From Neoechinorhynchus agilis (Eukaryota > Animalia > Acanthocephala): DNA of 64,000 nt. The position numbers and the translations under genes were made by a program. The DNA lies in assembly GCA_051530055.1 (NCBI GenBank), contig CM121341.1:15602784-15666783 (forward strand), read 5' to 3'. Under the pieces are notes generated by a model, which ran no database searches, was not told the DNA's origin, and worked only from the letters and a program-made list of their open reading frames with translations. Positions 59,920 to 64,000 of the stretch are shown here, piece after piece (the first letter of the stretch is position 1; each line of letters opens with the position of its first letter).

Positions 59920-61391
59920 TCCTTACAATTTCAAATATAGATCTATAATCGGAAGGCGAGACGAAGAAAGAAACCGATAATGAATAAATAATGACCGGCG
60001 AACCATAATCTGTCTGCGTTAACGCCTTGACGCACGCACTCACATGACCCATTTTGGTCGATATAAAACACGTGAACACTCAAGTGAACGTTTCTTTCTT
60101 ATCTGACCAACGGTCAGTAATGTTAAAGAGGAACGTTGTAACAGACGAGGTTCGAGTCTTTAAAGTGAGTTTTTTGTGTTCTGAAGAGAAGAGATTTTAA
60201 ACGACAAATCATCAAGAAAAAACAATGAACGATGATTATGAATACTTAACGAATGGGGTTATTAGGCTTTTCATGGCACTGTGAGCTTTTATGAACCAGT
60301 TCTTAACGTTCGAAATTTACGAACGAATGAGTTTTGCGCTCTCTATTCGTCACCCGGGTAGCATGATCTCAAGAAATTTCTTTTCTCTCGGCTGTCAGTA
60401 CCCTTGAAGGCAAACCATTTCTTGACCCTCGGTGGAGTGCATTTGTTTAAGTGATCAATCGCTTTAATTCAGAATTTCCTTGAAAAAGAAAGTTTTCAGA
60501 CACTTTCTTTTTGTTTGGCATTTCTAGCAAATGCCGCCAAAATAATAGACTTTCAATAAATTTAAGCTTCATTTAAAAGAAGTTAAATCGATACCCTTAA
60601 AAGAAACTGGCTAAAGCGGATCAATCGAAAAATCAAAACTTAAGTTCCTATTCAAAAATCCAAATCTAAAAACGGTGAAGCATAAACTGAAGACGAACTG
60701 ACGACTGGACAGCTTCACGCCTTTCTAAAAGGGATCAGCATCTCGCGTTTCCCATGCTCGAAAGGACGAAAATGCAATGTCATTCGTTCGATTTCACAAG
60801 CGAGCACAAACTACAGCCAGCCTGAACCTTGAAATCACGCAACAAGAGTTAGACCAACGGATTCTTTGACTCGTTATAACAATGTCAAAGACCGCTTCTC
60901 GTCGGTCTAATGCACCGAACCATGGGCACCGAAGGAATTTAATAGCTGATCCAATCGCGCATACGAGATTCCATCAAAAGGAGACGATTCTCCGAAACCG
61001 CGGTCAGAGTGCCGCCATTTTGCCGTAAACTTCAATCTCTTCTTTAAACAAGAATAACCATGTAACGAGGATCTAGAGTGTGCATATATCATTGCCGTTG
61101 GCGGCGAATCATCAGCTTTCAAATGCCTACAGGCTTTAGAGTTTAATGGCGGCATTTGCTTGCAATACGAGGAAGATCGATTTAAGGTCACTTTATATGC
61201 TTCTAATTCAACAGTTTAATCAATCTCTATTTGGTTTCAATGAACCATTGAATACTGACATTTGTGCCACACGAAAGGCGTGAACCGCGAGGATGCCAGA
61301 TTCTTTTGTTCATGGCCTTGAAGGCGTTCTAAATGCTTTGATTTATGAGTCCGTTGTTGGCCAGGCGAAAGATAGAAAAATGATCTAATTT

Positions 61392-61525
61392 TAAAATTCG
61401 TCCTCTATGTGGACTTCTTCAAAGGGAAAGAACAAATTTTCGCTGCAAAAACAGCTTCTTAACTTTCTTATATCGAAACAATTTACATTTCTGAAGAAGT
61501 CCCACGTAGAAGACGAAATATTTAT
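61392..61525. repeat. Small foldback with ~30-bp imperfect arms (approx.)
   Basis: aattcgtcctctatgtggacttcttca versus tgaagaagtcccacgtagaagacgaaat. Confidence 0.5.
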
Positions 61526-62144
61526 CGCCTGACCAACATCTTTACAATTTATGAGTTCGTTCGATAAAATACTAAATATTGTCTATCATTGTTCGAAGTC
61601 AAGTCGTTAAGATTTCTTCTCTTTGATATACGAGGAAACTATGAATCCATTCTGGTGTTCGAGTCTTTGTGTGCACCCTTTGCATAAATCTGAGTGGAAA
61701 TCCTCTGCAATTGATTTTTAGCAAGGATTTTGACCTTTTTCATATTCATTTTCTAGTAATGAAGATTCAAAAGAGTATTTTATTCGGCAAAATGAATTGC
61801 GCACGCATTTTTTATAAGTCGCTTTTGAGTTATTTTGTGTTTTCGCATTATTACCTTAATTTCTGATTTTTTCGCGGAAACCACTTCTTCGCAGACACAC
61901 CGCATAATTTTTCAACAAAACGTCGCCATTACACTGACGGCTTAAGCGTCCAAATGTAATAACAATTATAATGAATCGACCTGTATAGATATTATAGCAG
62001 CAGTCAAATCACATCTACTTTGTAATTTTTAGATGTTAAGTATTAACCTAAAAGTAAACTGACTACAAATTCACATGGACCTATTACAGAAATTATAAGA
62101 TCTTTATGCGTGGTTCAGCCGGTTGCCTTTTTATCGAGAAGTTT

Positions 62145-62400
62145 AAGATTAGAATTATTTTTACCATGCGCGGCCGAATGGACACACAGTCCATCGATTT
62201 CGGTCAGGGAAAGCGCTGGTCTGCGCTCAATGCCCATGACCGTACATTTATAAGTTTGTACATCCCTCCGGATTCTCAGATACCTCCAGGAGGTGGGACT
62301 CATCAGTGAGTTTCCTCCCTTCAGCAGTATTTCGTCCCTTTGGTTGTGCATCATAGGCAGTAACGGATTCGAACCCGTTGACCCAACAAACTGGGATCAG
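62145..62400 (-). mobile_element. tRNA-headed SINE, best-preserved copy (A-box missing)
   Basis: Minus strand gatcccagtttgttgggtcaacGGGTTCGAATCCgttac (B-box), followed by the shared body. Confidence 0.68.
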
Positions 62401-62545
62401 GATCCCTCCGGATTTTCACCGGAGGAATGTACAAATTTCTGACCGTACCATCATGAGCATTGAGCGCAGACCATCGCTTCCCTAACCAAAATCAGTGGGC
62501 TGTGTGTCCATAATTCAGCCGCGCATGGTAAAAAATCCTCATCTT
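62401..62545 (+). mobile_element. SINE 3' body, inverted relative to the adjacent copy
   Basis: gcattgagcgcagacca...tgtgtgtccat...ccgcgcatggtaaaaa is the reverse complement of 62158-62235. Confidence 0.7.
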
Positions 62546-63197
62546 ACGCTTTTCGATAGAAATGATAAGGTTTATTCGTTAGAAGGCCCAAAGCGAAAGG
62601 CTTTATCGTTAAACAGATTCCAACTTCCCCGTCCTTAACAGGAATCACATTGTGAAGCTTAAGCTAAAACTCCAATGGGTAAAACTTAGCTTCCGAAAAA
62701 AAATTTTATGAAGATTAACAAAAAGATAGCCATCGTTCTAGTCTTCAGTGTATGCATGAAAAATTATAAGCTCACCTATATCCTTTTTCTAAGAAATAGG
62801 AATTTGATCGCGTCGCAATTTTGTATTTGTCTAAAGATCGGACTGAATAACAGCGGCGAAAACGATTTCTAATAGTATTAATCATGAATTTGCTAACCAA
62901 AAAGACCGAATCCATTTTATTTTGTCTCACAGAAGGTCGAATTCGGATTGCGTTATCGTTTGAACGGGTTGCGATTTCTCGGAGTATTTATTCGAACCTG
63001 GAATCTCCAACCTAAGTGCAATCACATTATGGTATTTATAATACAAGGTAGGCAAGAAGGGGTTAGGATTTAAGGGGCAATTCGTTGAGCATTTAACAAA
63101 ACTGAACAACAGTGGAGAAAGCAATTTCGCGCAATGTTTATCACGAATTCGCTAACCAAAAAGATCGAATCCACTTTATTTCATTTCATGAAGCATC

Positions 63198-64000
<803 letters not shown>

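Overview
This is AT-rich, intron-containing eukaryotic DNA. The gene set (R7-family RGS, Ena/VASP, EMI1/FBXO5-like, MS4A-like) points to an invertebrate animal with fast-evolving proteins and mostly 45-70 nt introns; that assignment is inference. Recognisable host genes are FIS1, NOP53, PNO1, Ena/VASP, an R7 RGS (DEP-GGL-RGS), an MS4A/CD20-like 4-TM protein, a ValRS (probably mitochondrial), YRDC, a secreted LRR protein, EMI1/2-like and a partial GAPDH. They sit among decayed Ty3/Gypsy, L2/CR1-like, CRE-like (RLE) and Penelope-like retroelements, a tRNA-headed SINE family and a foldback MITE family. The region is heavily rearranged: a ~4.3-kb direct duplication at offset 12,512, a ~2.5-kb inverted duplication bracketing ValRS+YRDC, and three copies of the LRR gene. 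The most unusual structure is at 12.3-17.1 kb. There an LRR gene is fused in frame to a Penelope ORF, and the Penelope RT is fused in frame to a second, CRE-type RT, giving one 637-aa ORF with two RT catalytic motifs. No CRISPR array, rRNA or intact tRNA gene was seen. All family calls are motif recognition by eye, with no database search; coordinates marked approximate are good to roughly 20 bp.
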